In this document: in pieces, positions 11,280-22,831 of the stretch
Layout of the letters: each line of letters starts with the position of its first letter
Numbering within the stretch: position 1 is the stretch's first letter
Translations under genes and position numbers: made by a program
Notes under the pieces: generated by a model
Seen by the model: the letters and a program-made list of their open reading frames with translations, nothing else
What the model was told of the DNA's origin: nothing
The model's database searches: none
Assembly: GCA_963753975.1 (NCBI GenBank)
Contig: CAVWEH010000005.1
Location: 731,734 to 795,733 of the forward strand
DNA: 64,000 nt
Origin: an uncultured delta proteobacterium
GTDB taxonomy: Bacteria; Desulfobacterota; Syntrophia; Syntrophales; Smithellaceae
Direction: 5' to 3'

Positions 11280-11338
11280 TCCTGATGCCTCCGGGTTTTA
11301 TAAGAGCATATACTTGTTTTTCCAATTTATCAGGACGA

Positions 11339-11367
11339 ATTATAAGAAGAACTCACTTGCATGTCAA
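11339..11367 (-). promoter_or_regulatory. Consensus sigma70 promoter of response regulator (3-copy family)
   Basis: Minus strand TTGACA-17nt-TATAAT. Confidence 0.75.
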
Positions 11368-11501
11368 TGGAATAATAGCAGTAACATAGGGGTATTATGC
11401 TCTGATGTTTGTATTCAGGTATATGATGTTTCCATATTTTCACTTGAAATACCCGGCAACCTGACTTATAAGCGGGCAGTCTTTTTTTCTGGGGAGGATT
11501 A

Positions 11502-13408
11502 ATGATGAACTACCGCTCTTATGATGAGGCATACAACCGTTCGATGAATGATCCGGAGGGATTCTGGGCGGACGCTGCCGCAGCTGTTTCCTGGGTAAAG
11601 AAATGGGATAGTGTTGTTTCCAGCCCCAAACCGGAATTTTACAGATGGTTTGAAGGCGCGCAAATGAATACCTGCTATAACGCGATTGACCGGCATGTAG
11701 AGCGCGGCAGGAAAGATCAGGTTGCTATTATTTACGACAGCCCCGTAACGGGTGTAGTCAAGAAAATAACGTATGGTGAACTTCTTACCTCTGTTTCACT
11801 TCTCGCCGGCATGCTTAAAAAATCCGGTGTCGCAAAGGGCGACCGCGTAGTTATTTACATGCCCATGATTCCGGAAACACTCTTTGCCATGCTTGCCTGC
11901 GCGAGGATTGGAGCCATTCATTCGGTCGTCTTCGGTGGATTTGCGCCGAATGAACTCGCGATAAGAATCGACGATGCGAAGCCCAAGGTAATTCTTTCCG
12001 CAACATGCGGCATCGAACCGAAAGGCGCTATACCTTACAAGCCGCTTCTGGATAAAGCAATCGAACTATCTGCGCATAAGCCGGAAAAATGTTTTATCTA
12101 TGAGCGTCCGCAGGTTAAGGCCAAACTGATTCCCGGCCGGGATGTGGATTGGGAAAAGGCTCTGCAGGAAGTGAAGCCTGCCGGATGTGTTACGGTAAAG
12201 GCAACCGATCCCCTTTATATACTTTATACATCCGGCACAACCGGAATTCCGAAGGGCGTGGTGCGGGACAACGGCGGCCACGCGGTGGCCTTGCTGTGGA
12301 GCATGAAGAACATTTACGGAATCGAGCCCGGTGATGTCTACTGGGCGGCCTCCGATGTAGGCTGGGTTGTCGGTCATTCCTATATCGTTTACGCGCCGCT
12401 TCTTTACGGCGCCACAACAGTCATGTATGAAGGCAAGCCGGTGGGAACACCTGATCCCGGCGCTTTCTGGCGTGTGATTAATCAGCATAACGTCAAGGTT
12501 CTCTTCACCGCCCCTACCGCGTTTCGTGCGATCAAGAAAGGAGGATCCAGCCGGATCTTTCATTAAAAAATATGACATTTCCTGCCTTAAATATCTTTTC
12601 CTTGCCGGCGAGAGGCTCGACCCGGATACATATTACTGGGCGGCAAATTTTCTGAAAATCCCCGTCATTGACCATTGGTGGCAGACCGAGACAGGCTGGG
12701 CGATTGCCGCCAACTGCATGGGCATAGAACATCTGCCGGTAAAAGCCGGTTCGCCCACAAAACCTGTGCCGGGCTATAATATCAAAGTGCTGGATGAGAA
12801 TGCCGAGGAGCTGCCGAACGGAACGGAAGGGACGATTGCCATAAAGCTGCCGCTGCCGCCTGGCTGTCTGACCACGCTCTGGGAGAAGGATGATGCTTAT
12901 GTTTCCTCGTACCTGCGCACATTTGAAGGCTGCTATTCCACGGGGGACGGAGGCTTCAAAGACGAGGACGGATACATTTATATAATGGGACGTGTCGATG
13001 ATATAATTAATGTGGCCGGCCACAGGCTGTCCACCGGCGGCATGGAGGAAGTTGTTGCCAAACACCCGGATGTCGCCGAATGCGCGGTCATCGGTGTTGA
13101 CGACCAGCTCAAAGGGCAGGTACCCGTCGGTTTCGCCGTATTGAAAGCTGGTGTTTCCAGAAACCAGGCGGATATTCAGAAAGAAATTGTCGGGATGATC
13201 CGCGATCAGATCGGCGCGCTTGGCCTGCCTTAAGGATATTGCCATTGTTGCCCGGCTTCCCAAAACGCGAAGCGGCAAGATTCTGCGCTCGACTATGCGC
13301 AAGATTGCGGATGGAAAAGAATATAATGTGCCGTCAACAATAGAAGACCCGGCAGTACTCGGGGAGATTCAGGGCGCGCTCAAAGGTGTGGGTTACCCGA
13401 AGCAGTAA
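11502..13408 (+). CDS. prpE: Propionyl-CoA/acetyl-CoA synthetase; frameshifts near 12540 and 13220
   Basis: LYTSGTTGIPKGVVRDNGG, DHWWQTETGW, GRVDDIINVAGHRLSTG, LPKTRSGKILR. Confidence 0.88.
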
Positions 13409-13428
13409 AACACCGGAAAGACAGATAT

Positions 13429-14220
13429 CTAACGACTGCGGCATAGGAACCAGGGATAGCGGGTAAATTCCTGATACCCCATTCTTTTATAGACGGGTTC
13501 ACCGTAAATACTGGCCTGCAAAATAACACAGCGAGCGCCGAATTTGAAGGCAGTGTTGCCAACTGCACGGACGCATTGTTCGGCTAAACCGATTCCGCGA
13601 GCAGTTTCAACAGTACCGACATAATAAATGCCGGCAATGCCATGGCTGAGAAGTGCAAAAGCACAGGAAGCAGGTTTGTTATCCTTGTATGCCACAACCG
13701 CATAAATATGGGGTACAAGAAAAGCGTTCGGATTACTAAAAACACTTCTGCCCGCCTCTTCAGGCATACCAAGGCTCATGTAGCTGAGCGCTACCACCTC
13801 AGCAAAGTCATTTACCATGGATTTATTTGTGACATGCTTTAATGTTACGCCATCCGGCAAGGGTTTCTCAACAAGCGTCTTTTCGATGAACATACCGGGA
13901 GTGTTCGATATCCTCGTGAGTTTAAGCTCTTCACATTTGTCGAGAAGGTCCTGATCAATATGCGTCCGGACAATAATAGTAAAAGACCTCTTGCGCTTGG
14001 CAAAAAATTCCTTGGCCTGAGAAATAAGCAGGTCAGGCGGCGCTTGTGATTGCCTCGTGGTCCTTATAACAAAGTTAAGGGCCGGAAATGTGCTTGCACC
14101 GCAAACAAAAAGAATATCACCTTGCTCGGCTATATCAGTATTTGTACCCCACCTGGAAATCTCGCGGTGGGATTCAGCTAAATTCAGATCACTCAAATGA
14201 AGCAGTTCATCTTGGTTCAT
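13429..14220 (-). CDS. GNAT family acetyltransferase
   Basis: GIYYVGTVETARGIGLA, LQASIYGEPVYKRMGY. Confidence 0.85.
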   Translation of the reverse strand: MNQDELLHLSDLNLAESHREISRWGTNTDIAEQGDILFVCGASTFPALNFVIRTTRQSQAPPDLLISQAKEFFAKRKRSFTIIVRTHIDQDLLDKCEELKLTRISNTPGMFIEKTLVEKPLPDGVTLKHVTNKSMVNDFAEVVALSYMSLGMPEEAGRSVFSNPNAFLVPHIYAVVAYKDNKPASCAFALLSHGIAGIYYVGTVETARGIGLAEQCVRAVGNTAFKFGARCVILQASIYGEPVYKRMGYQEFTRYPWFLCRSR

Positions 14221-14355
14221 TGTGTTTCCCTATTGTGAATGTTAATTATTCTTTTTGCGACGTACTTTATACAATATTTATTACTTAATCAAAAGGAGAT
14301 TTGAAAAGATGTTCTAAAATGTTTGCAACACTAAAACAATCTAAGGTCACGAACA

Positions 14356-15231
14356 CTAACTAGCAGATTTTAATATTTGATCAAGGTATTCTTTGAGAAG
14401 TTTGTCTTGGCTATGGATACTCTCTTCCATAGTTAATTTATAATGCTCATAGTCAAATGGCAGTTCGAGTTCTTCGCGCACAGCTTTAACGGCGGGTATT
14501 ACCAATTCTCTAATTTGTACAGATATTGCGTAGCATTCTGCTACAAAATTTGCCCAATCTATTTTTAATTTCTCACTTAGTTTTTTTTGTTGTTCTGTTG
14601 TGTCAACAATCATCTTTTGTTCAAATTCTAATGCATCTTGAATAAATTTCCAGCGGTGTTGATCCTTGTTCCCCTCAAAGCTCAACTGCTTCATCAATTC
14701 AACCATGCGATTGCGCTCTTTTGAAAACATATTGATTTGTTCGCCCAGCATGTTGATTCTTGTATATGTATCTACTAGCGGCTGACGGTGAAACGCTAAT
14801 TTTATTATTGACGCATTTAGTTCTCTGGTAAATTTCAATACGGCTTTAAGCGTTTCGTCTTGAGCTATAAGATGTACCTTTGAAATGGCACTGACCTTCG
14901 CTGAGTATTCTTTGGACAGATCTTCTTGATTCACACGAATATTGGCGTACCGCTGAATCATGCCTATGCCGACATCAACCGCCTCTGTCGCATCGAGATA
15001 GACTTGTTTTCGTAAATCCATTTCCCTATCAACACGGCTCTTTGTTCGGTCGTGCTCAAGTTGTTTAGCAAACCTTCTTTCATTTCCACGATGAAGTATA
15101 TAAGAACTAAAAAAGGCAGCGGCAGCGGCAAAAATTATTCCTACGACGGTAACGAGTGACGCAATAATAGCTGCCTGTAAAGTAGGCGGCAAACTGGCAA
15201 AATATTTTGAAATTCCTTCAATCATAGGCAC
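14356..15231 (-). CDS. Hypothetical protein, N-terminal TM plus coiled coil
   Basis: 291 aa AT-rich ORF. Confidence 0.75.
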   Translation of the reverse strand: MPMIEGISKYFASLPPTLQAAIIASLVTVVGIIFAAAAAFFSSYILHRGNERRFAKQLEHDRTKSRVDREMDLRKQVYLDATEAVDVGIGMIQRYANIRVNQEDLSKEYSAKVSAISKVHLIAQDETLKAVLKFTRELNASIIKLAFHRQPLVDTYTRINMLGEQINMFSKERNRMVELMKQLSFEGNKDQHRWKFIQDALEFEQKMIVDTTEQQKKLSEKLKIDWANFVAECYAISVQIRELVIPAVKAVREELELPFDYEHYKLTMEESIHSQDKLLKEYLDQILKSAS

Positions 15232-15272
15232 ACCTGTAAATGAGGAATATTAGGTACAGCGCCCTATTTCTT

Positions 15273-15412
15273 TAAATATTATGGTAAATTACACTTTTTA
15301 AAAACCATGCGCTTAAATATACTCGCAATTTCCTTTATTTCAATTCTTTTTTCGAAGAATTTTTCAGCCGGCGCTTATACAGCCCTGGTTTTTCGATGGC
15401 GGTAGTATCTCA
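15273..15412 (-). repeat. ~140 bp repeat copy 1 containing a promoter-like TTGAAA..TATATT
   Basis: Nearly identical to 17827-17965 (shared AAATATACTCGCAAT, ACAGCCCTGGTTTTTCGATGGCGGTAGTATCTCA). Confidence 0.85.
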
Positions 15413-15512
15413 GAGGAATAACGATAACAAAAAATAAATAATATAGATTTGGGAAATGGATTGGGAATGCGTCATTCGAGTGGATCTTTGTGGCGGGATG
15501 ATTTTTTTCAAC

Positions 15513-15556
15513 AAAAAGAAGAGGCCATGCATTAATAAAATGCATGGCCTCTTCTT
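15513..15556 (-). terminator. Intrinsic terminator of OmpA copy 1
   Basis: 17-bp stem AAGAAGAGGCCATGCAT/ATGCATGGCCTCTTCTT with T-run on the minus strand. Confidence 0.85.
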
Positions 15557-15564
15557 GCTATTAT

Positions 15565-16647
15565 CTACTTCTTAACTGTATATTCCACAGCGGCTTCGAC
15601 TCTTCTGTTTTGCTGTCTGCCTTCTTTGGTGGAATTGTCGGCAAGAGGATTGGAAAATCCGAATCCTTTTGCTGTGATCCTGGATGCTTCGATATTGAAT
15701 TTCTTCACCATGACCTCTTTTATCGCTTCCGCACGTTTCTGGGAGAGATTAATATTGTACTTCTCTCCTCCCACATTATCCGTATGACCTTCAACAACAA
15801 TCTTCAGATCGGGGTATTTCTTCATGACATCGGCAACGCCCTCTATTTCTTTGTAATAAGCGGGCTTCACAATCGCTTTCCCCGTATCAAACTCCACATC
15901 CATAGTGACTCTGCCTTTTTCCATTATCTTCTGCTCAACCGATGGTTGGGGTTCCGCCTCCGCCTTTGTTATCGGTTCAGATGCCTCTTTTGCCCCGCCA
16001 AATTTCCACATCAAGGCTAATTTAATCCCGTCAAAGGTAATTGTAGATTCGACTGGTGCAACCGGTGAAACAGTATGGAATTGTTTGTTACCTAAATCAT
16101 AGTAAGAGTACTCCGCGCGAGCAAGTAGATTCTTGGTAATGGCAAATTCCAGACCGGCACTTGGAGTCCAACCGAAATAATTATTTGTTTCGCCATAATC
16201 TACGCCTGTTCCTATATTTGTTGCATACGTCTTTGCCCGGCCATAAGCTACACCAACCCCCACGTAAGGAAGAAAACGCCAAATAGCGTAGCCCGCACGA
16301 ATACGGGTTGAACCTACCCAATTGAGTTCGCTATTGACCAGATAGGCCGGGTTGGGAGCGCTTGTTGAACCGGAAATTTTGCCGTAGTTGATATCGGTCT
16401 CAGCGCCGATGACGATATTAATTGGGAATTGATAATTATAGCCGAGAAAAAGTCCGCCCATCCAGCCGTTAATGGTATGGTCAGCACGATCTCCGCTATC
16501 GAGATATTCCCATTTCGTGTTTCCGTGACCATACATCCCCTCCAACCCCACATAGAAACCCGTCCAATTATAGGTATTGTCAGCAAGCGCACTCGCCGAA
16601 GTAAAAACAAAAACTGTAAAAATGAATAAAAAAAGTATACGTTTCAT
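15565..16647 (-). CDS. Outer-membrane beta-barrel plus OmpA peptidoglycan-binding protein (copy 1)
   Basis: Signal peptide, NWTGFYVG barrel start, EGHTDNVG..LSQKRA..NRRVE. Confidence 0.9.
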   Translation of the reverse strand: MKRILFLFIFTVFVFTSASALADNTYNWTGFYVGLEGMYGHGNTKWEYLDSGDRADHTINGWMGGLFLGYNYQFPINIVIGAETDINYGKISGSTSAPNPAYLVNSELNWVGSTRIRAGYAIWRFLPYVGVGVAYGRAKTYATNIGTGVDYGETNNYFGWTPSAGLEFAITKNLLARAEYSYYDLGNKQFHTVSPVAPVESTITFDGIKLALMWKFGGAKEASEPITKAEAEPQPSVEQKIMEKGRVTMDVEFDTGKAIVKPAYYKEIEGVADVMKKYPDLKIVVEGHTDNVGGEKYNINLSQKRAEAIKEVMVKKFNIEASRITAKGFGFSNPLADNSTKEGRQQNRRVEAAVEYTVKK

Positions 16648-16894
16648 TTGTCTGCCCTCCGATTTTATTTTTCCTGCAATTGTTGATGAGCTACTTACGA
16701 TACAATTTTTGTGAATTTCTTCTTATGCTTATTTTAGTAGCATATCTTCAGCCAATACTTCAATAAAATTTTTTTCTGCTACCACTTAATAGGAATCCCG
16801 TTGGAAACAGGTAAATACACATCAAAATTGCCGTGCCGCGGTAATTTTAATAAAGAAAGTGAGCGGTGAAAACAAGGCGCGGGTAGAAGTTTTT

Positions 16895-17815
16895 TTACTT
16901 CATCAGGGGCGTCCGGGATATAAAATCAACAACCGCCTGGGCGAATTCTTTACCCCTGTTCTCCTGCAGAAAATGCCCTCCCCCTTTAATGATAGTGTGC
17001 GGTTGACCTTTCGTTCCCAGAACCAGTTTTTGGAATACGCGTTCGCCGCCGCGGGTGATCGGATCGCCGTCACTAAACATTGTAACAAACGGCTTTTCAA
17101 ATTGGGAGAGCACTTTCCATGCTTTGCGGTTGGCCTTTGATGCTGGGTCATTAGGAGTTATGGGTACGAGAGAAGGAAATATGCGGGCGCCTTCTTTATA
17201 GGTATCATCGGGAAAGGGAGCGTCGTAAGCGGCAATGACTTCTTTGGATAAAGGATCGCTGGGGTTGGACATGGAGATAATTTCCCCGACTTTAAATTCC
17301 GGCGTCTCCTGAGAAAATTTACGCCAAGCAAGGAAGGCATCCGATATGGGATTATCGCCTGTCGGCAGGCCGGTATTGGCAACTACCACTCGCGCAAAGC
17401 GAGCCGGATTTTGCGCGACCAGGCGCAAGCCGATCAAGCCGCCCCAGTCCTGACAGACAAGGGTGATTCCCTGTAAATTTGTTTTATCTAATAAACCCTG
17501 CATCCAATCGACATGGCGCTGGTAGGTGTAATCGGATCTCACCGCCGGTTTATCCGAACGGCCGAATCCTGCGAGGTCCGGAGCTACAGCCCGAAACCCG
17601 GCATCAACTATGACTGGGATCATCTTGCGATACAGATAAGACCATGAAGGCTCTCCGTGCATAAGCAATACCGGCTCGGCTTTTGCCGAGCCTTCGTCTA
17701 CGTAGTGGATTCTCAGTGTTCCATCTTCGCCATCCGGGATATTCACATAATTAGGTTTAAACGGATAACCGGAAAGATTTTCAAAACGGTCGTCCGAGGT
17801 TCGCAAAATTCTCAT
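16895..17815 (-). CDS. Haloalkane dehalogenase family hydrolase
   Basis: HGEPSWSYLYRKMI, CQDWGGLIG nucleophile, GGHFLQE. Confidence 0.9.
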   Translation of the reverse strand: MRILRTSDDRFENLSGYPFKPNYVNIPDGEDGTLRIHYVDEGSAKAEPVLLMHGEPSWSYLYRKMIPVIVDAGFRAVAPDLAGFGRSDKPAVRSDYTYQRHVDWMQGLLDKTNLQGITLVCQDWGGLIGLRLVAQNPARFARVVVANTGLPTGDNPISDAFLAWRKFSQETPEFKVGEIISMSNPSDPLSKEVIAAYDAPFPDDTYKEGARIFPSLVPITPNDPASKANRKAWKVLSQFEKPFVTMFSDGDPITRGGERVFQKLVLGTKGQPHTIIKGGGHFLQENRGKEFAQAVVDFISRTPLMK

Positions 17816-17826
17816 ATTTTATCCTC

Positions 17827-17965
17827 TAAATATTATGCAATTAATATTACAAAAACCTTGCATTTAAATATACTCGCAATATCCTTTATTTCAATTCTTT
17901 TTTCCAAGATTTTTTTTGTGCCGGCGATTACACAGCCCTGGTTTTTCGATGGCGGTAGTATCTCA
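17827..17965 (-). repeat. ~140 bp repeat copy 2
   Basis: Nearly identical to 15273-15412. Confidence 0.85.
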
Positions 17966-18198
17966 AAGGTCCACAGACTAGAATTAAAACCGGTGTCGTG
18001 AGTTACAGTAAATATCCCTTCCGGGTAGCCTTTCGACGACTCGAATGTTCTCATTGATGAAGTCTAATGCCAGCGAAACCTTTAACATTGCAGTCAAGCG
18101 GGACCATTCGAATCAATCATACCTGATTCGTAATCATTAATGTTTTTCCCTCAATGTTATGATATAAATTAATAAATATGAAACGAAAGGAGCAGGTA

Positions 18199-18666
18199 AT
18201 GAAAAAAACATTTTTGATAATAAGCGTTGTTCTAGTGATGGGGATAATCTTTGCCGGAAGCACATTAGTGAGCGCGGCAGATTTGGGTTTGGTTCAGCTA
18301 CTGACCAAGAATCTCGGAGTAACAACAAAACAGGCGACAGGCTGCGCCGGTTCCATATTCAATGTTGCCAAACAAAATATGACTGCAGATAATTTTAAAA
18401 AAGTGGCCAAAGCTGTTCCCGGTATCGACAAGATGATGGCGGCAGCGCCCAAATCGAAAGGAGCGAAGGGAACGCTCGGAAGCGCCTCGTCTTTAATCGA
18501 CGAAAGTGCTTCATCAGTAGCCGGAGTTGCGAGTCTGGCGGGAAGTTTTTCTAAACTGGGAATGAAGGCGGACATGGTGAATGCCTTCACTCCCATCATC
18601 CTGGACTATGTCAAAGCGAAAGGCGGGGAACCGTTAATGAAGACTCTGCAAAGCGCTTTGCAGTAA
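18199..18666 (+). CDS. DUF2780-like exported protein
   Basis: Signal peptide; LGVTTKQATGCAGSIF..FSKLGMKADMV..PIILDYV. Confidence 0.8.
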   Translation: MKKTFLIISVVLVMGIIFAGSTLVSAADLGLVQLLTKNLGVTTKQATGCAGSIFNVAKQNMTADNFKKVAKAVPGIDKMMAAAPKSKGAKGTLGSASSLIDESASSVAGVASLAGSFSKLGMKADMVNAFTPIILDYVKAKGGEPLMKTLQSALQ

Positions 18667-18800
18667 TATGTGCTTGCTAATAGTAAAAAAAAGAAGAAGT
18701 GTTTGCTGAAGATACCTGCCAACAAACCGAATCAAGATGTTTGAAGTTTATCGACTATCGCTTCTTATTCATTAATTAGCTTGTCTATAATTTTTTCGAC

Positions 18801-18846
18801 AAAAAAAGAAGAGGCCATGCACTAATAAAATGCATGGCCTCTTCTT
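18801..18846 (-). terminator. Intrinsic terminator of OmpA copy 2
   Basis: Same hairpin as 15513-15556. Confidence 0.85.
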
Positions 18847-18854
18847 GCCATTAT

Positions 18855-19984
18855 CTACTTCTTAACTGTATATTCCACAGCGGCTTCGACTCTTCTGTTT
18901 TGCTGTCTTCCTTCCTTGGTGGAATTATCGGCAAGAGGATTGGAAAACCCGAATCCTTTCGCTGTGATTCTGTCTGATGCGATTTTGAAATTATTCACCA
19001 TGACTGCTTTTACTGCTTCTGCGCGCTTCTGGGAGAGATTAAGATTGTACTTCTCTCCTCCCACATTATCCGTATGCCCTTCGACAACAATCTTCAGATC
19101 GGGATATTTTTTCAGGACATCGGCAACAGCTTCAATTTCCTTGTAATAAGCGGGCTTCACAATCGCTTTCCCCGTGTCAAACTCCACATCCAGAGTAGCT
19201 CTGCCTTTTTCAATGTATCTTCTGCTCCACCGGTGCCGCGGCTTCAGGTGCCTTCTTCATTTCTTGTACCGGAGGAGGTGCAGCCGCTCTTGCAATCGGT
19301 TCAGATGTCTCTTTTGCCCCGCCAAATTCCCAGGCCAAGCCGAGCTTGAAGCCCTGAAATTTAATTTTATTGTCAATATTTTCTACAAAATCACCGCTTG
19401 TTGTGACATTATTTGATGCAAAATCGTAATACGCATATTCCGCGCGGGCGAGTAAATTCTTGGTGATGGCAAATTCAAGACCGACACTGGGAGTCCAACC
19501 CCAATATGTATTTACAGTATTTTCAACCTCTGCGCCTGTTGCTCTTAAATTTGCAAAAAGCTCTCCGCGGCTATAAGCAACGCCGACCGCAACATAAGGA
19601 AGAAAGCGCCCGATGGCATAACCGACACGGGCGCGAGTCGAGCCGACCCAAGGGATTTCGGTACGACAATCATAAGTGTCTGTCTGGACAATTGGAAGAG
19701 CCTGATATTTTGCCGTAGTTAATATCCGTTTCCACGCCGACAACAACATTGATAGGAAATTGATAATTATAACCGAGAAAAAGGCCGCCCATTCCGCCCT
19801 TAAGGGTGTGGTCAGTATGAGTTCCAAAGAGTGGCCAATCCAAGTCGGAAGTACCAACATCATAACTCCCCTGTATACCAACATAGAAACCTGTCCAATT
19901 TTTGGTATCTGTCGAATCAGCAAGCGCGCTCGTCGAAGTAAAAACTAAAAGCGTAAAAATGAATAAAAAAAGTATACGTTTCAT
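18855..19984 (-). CDS. Beta-barrel plus OmpA protein (copy 2); frameshifts near 19680 and 19213
   Basis: Three ORF pieces collinear with copy 1. Confidence 0.88.
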
Positions 19985-20205
19985 TTGTTTGCCCTCCGAT
20001 TTTATTTGTCCTGCAATTGTTAAAAACTTACTTACGATACGATTTTTGTGAATTTTTTCTCAGGTTTATTCTAATAGCATACCATCAGCCAAAGCTTCAA
20101 GAAAATTTTTTCCGTTACTACTCAATTTCTGTTATTTGAGAACACACCGCCTAACAAAGACAAAATGCCGATGTTTAGAGAAACGGAGGGCTTTCTGCAG
20201 CGGGG

Positions 20206-21676
20206 CTACCGAACGGCGATTTTATCGCCTTGTCGAATCATCCGGCCTTCAACAGTACTGAGGTTTGAATTGATTAAAACATTGAGTGGTGTTCCGGTCT
20301 TCTTCGCTACTGTCCAGAGCGTATCGCCCTTTTGAACGGTGTAGTACTCTTGGGGATTGGTAAGTTTTTGACCGCTCGCTTTGGCCAGTTTTATTTGCGC
20401 TTTGTAAGTTTTTCGAGCGCGGACATGTCTGCGCGGCCGCTCGTACAAATCCGCATACATGGCCTCCTTGATGTTTTGCCCCTCTCGGAAAGGCAAAATC
20501 ACCTCCTGATTTTTAGTGACGCGCGTACTGGCCGGGCAAGAATTGAGATCTTCGAGCACAGAGGGTTGTATTCTGAACTTTTTGGCCACCTGGACAATGG
20601 TCGTTGCTGAATGCGGTCTGTATTTCTGAAAGGCACTCGCTGTAAAATTTTTATTCGCACAGGCACTGCTCATAAACAACTTCTGCCCCGACAGGAACTT
20701 TTAAGCGGTATTTTTCAATATTAGGAGGAATGTACCAGCGCAACAGTTCGGGATTGAGAAAGTAAATATCCTCCACATCTATCTTCAATTCTTGTGCCAG
20801 GGCCACGAGGTCGGTTTTGGCGGGCACTTCTATCTCGGCGAAATCGATCGGCCCGTGAAACTCGATATCTTTGAAACCAAAGGAGTTTAGATTTTTGCCC
20901 AAAATTGCCAGGGCCATAATTTTCGGAACGTAATTTTTGGTTTCGGACTTGAGGTAGCGCTTTTTCCTTAAATCCCAGAAATTGTCCGTTTTATAGCGCG
21001 CCATAGCCCGGTTCAGCTTAGCCTCACCCGCGTTATAAGCCGACGCGGCTATTTCCCAATCGCCAAATTCTTCGTAGAGTTTTTTTAAGTATTTGCTCGC
21101 GGCAATCGTCGATTTAATGGGGTCGCGCCGCTCGTCGATATACCAGTCGATCTTCAATCCGTAATTGCGGCCTGTCGACGGAATAAATTGCCACAGGCCT
21201 ACAGCCCGGGCATAGGATTTCGCTTTCGTCTGAAATCCCGATTCGGCCATGGCGACATAGATGAGATCGCGGGGCAGACCGTTATCTTCGAGCATTTTGC
21301 CGAGCAGAGGAGTGTAACGGCCGCCGCGCGCGCTGTAAGTCTCAAAATAATTCCGGCCTCTTTTTAAATAATAATTAATAAACTTTTTGACAGCATCATT
21401 GTAAACGACGGGGATATCGAAATAGCAGTTCTCCAAATTTAAGTCTTCCGCCCCTTCCAGGAGATACGCTTTCTGAGTGTGGTTGCCCGACTTATCTATG
21501 CGGGCGCCACCGACAATGGGCGTAGCGGTCTTTTGCTTAACTTGCGGTTCAGCGTTCATCGCCGGTTGACTCTCGGGCGAATAATCTGTTTTCTGCGTCG
21601 CTGTCTGCAAAGACGAACACGAGGAGGCAAAGAAAACCAGAGCGCACAGTAACATGAGGACGGAATATCGCATCAT
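20206..21676 (-). CDS. MltD-like lytic transglycosylase with LysM (lipoprotein); frameshift near 20660
   Basis: AMAESGF, AVGLWQFI, AYNAGE, ETKNYVPKI; LysM YTVQKGDTLW. Confidence 0.88.
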
Positions 21677-21842
21677 ATTTGCAACTTTTTCTCCTTAACC
21701 CGGCAACAAGACCGTGTGATGCCCAAATATTTCAAATATTATTGCTTGTAATCTTGCATATTTTTTAAATTTCATCAACTGAGAAATACAGAAAAAAGCC
21801 GGTTTAATCTTTTTTCATTGACTGAAAGAGAAAAACTTTAAA

Positions 21843-22577
21843 TTACCTGTTTTTTTGTTTTCTTGTCATTTTCAGCAATCTGTGCCGATATAAGTAGACC
21901 AATAAATAAAAGATAGCTATAAGTCCCAAGATTATGAGGAGAACGGCAATTCTCATCGTTCTGAAACTATCTCCACTTACTGAAAGCAAAATAGTGCCAA
22001 ATAGCCGGCCAACAGTCGAGATACCTATAAATGTCCAGATATTCATCCGACTTAAACCTATTATGTAACAAAGAGCTGCCTTGGGAAATCCGGGAATCAG
22101 AAAAAGAATAAAGCAAGCTAGAGGACCTCGCTCTTCTATGAGGTGATCGTAATTTTCCATAAGTTGGGGTTTTACCATCTTTCTTACTAGTGGCAATCCG
22201 TATATCCTGGAAAGAATAAAGGCCAACCAGGAACCGATGCTAAGACCAATTGTGGAATAAATTATCCCCACTACGGGGCCGTACAAATAGCCGCCAACGA
22301 ATCCAGAAATTTCGGCAGGAATTACTCCCGCGACCAATACCTGAAAGGCCTGAATAATGATGAAAACAAAATCATCGTACGGATGAAAAGATTCGATAAA
22401 AGCAATCAGTTTTTGATTATAATATGTAAAATAATTGTAATAATGATAGGTAAAGAACAGATCGACTGCCGCAATAAGAAACAGGATGAGAAGTAAAATC
22501 TTGAGGATGAGGCTTTTATTCAAAGGTTTGTTCATGTATTTCTGTACATCGGGTGGCCTGTCGCACAGTGACACCAA
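21843..22577 (-). CDS. TVP38/TMEM64 (DedA/VTT) membrane protein (start may be 22535)
   Basis: GGYLYG..YSTIGLSIGS, FLIPGFPK..GLSRM. Confidence 0.85.
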   Translation of the reverse strand: MVSLCDRPPDVQKYMNKPLNKSLILKILLLILFLIAAVDLFFTYHYYNYFTYYNQKLIAFIESFHPYDDFVFIIIQAFQVLVAGVIPAEISGFVGGYLYGPVVGIIYSTIGLSIGSWLAFILSRIYGLPLVRKMVKPQLMENYDHLIEERGPLACFILFLIPGFPKAALCYIIGLSRMNIWTFIGISTVGRLFGTILLSVSGDSFRTMRIAVLLIILGLIAIFYLLVYLYRHRLLKMTRKQKNR

Positions 22578-22639
22578 AATAAAAGGTATGAATGAATTTT
22601 TTTACTATCGAACATACTTCTAAACCGAACTATATATTA

Positions 22640-22831
22640 TTATTTATTTTCAATTTTTTTTGTGTCTGCGGCATCGTCCGGTTTGTATTCCTCCCCTTCC
22701 AAGGCCTTTTTAAAACCTCTTATAGCCTTGCCGATGGAGTTTCCTAATTCAGGAAGCTTACCGGGACCAAAAATAATCAGAACGATAGCCAGTATCAACA
22801 AAAGATGCATTGGCTGGAGAAGACCTCGCAT
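22640..22831 (-). CDS. tatA: Twin-arginine translocase TatA/E
   Basis: [24 protein letters not shown]. Confidence 0.92.
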   Translation of the reverse strand: MRGLLQPMHLLLILAIVLIIFGPGKLPELGNSIGKAIRGFKKALEGEEYKPDDAADTKKIENK

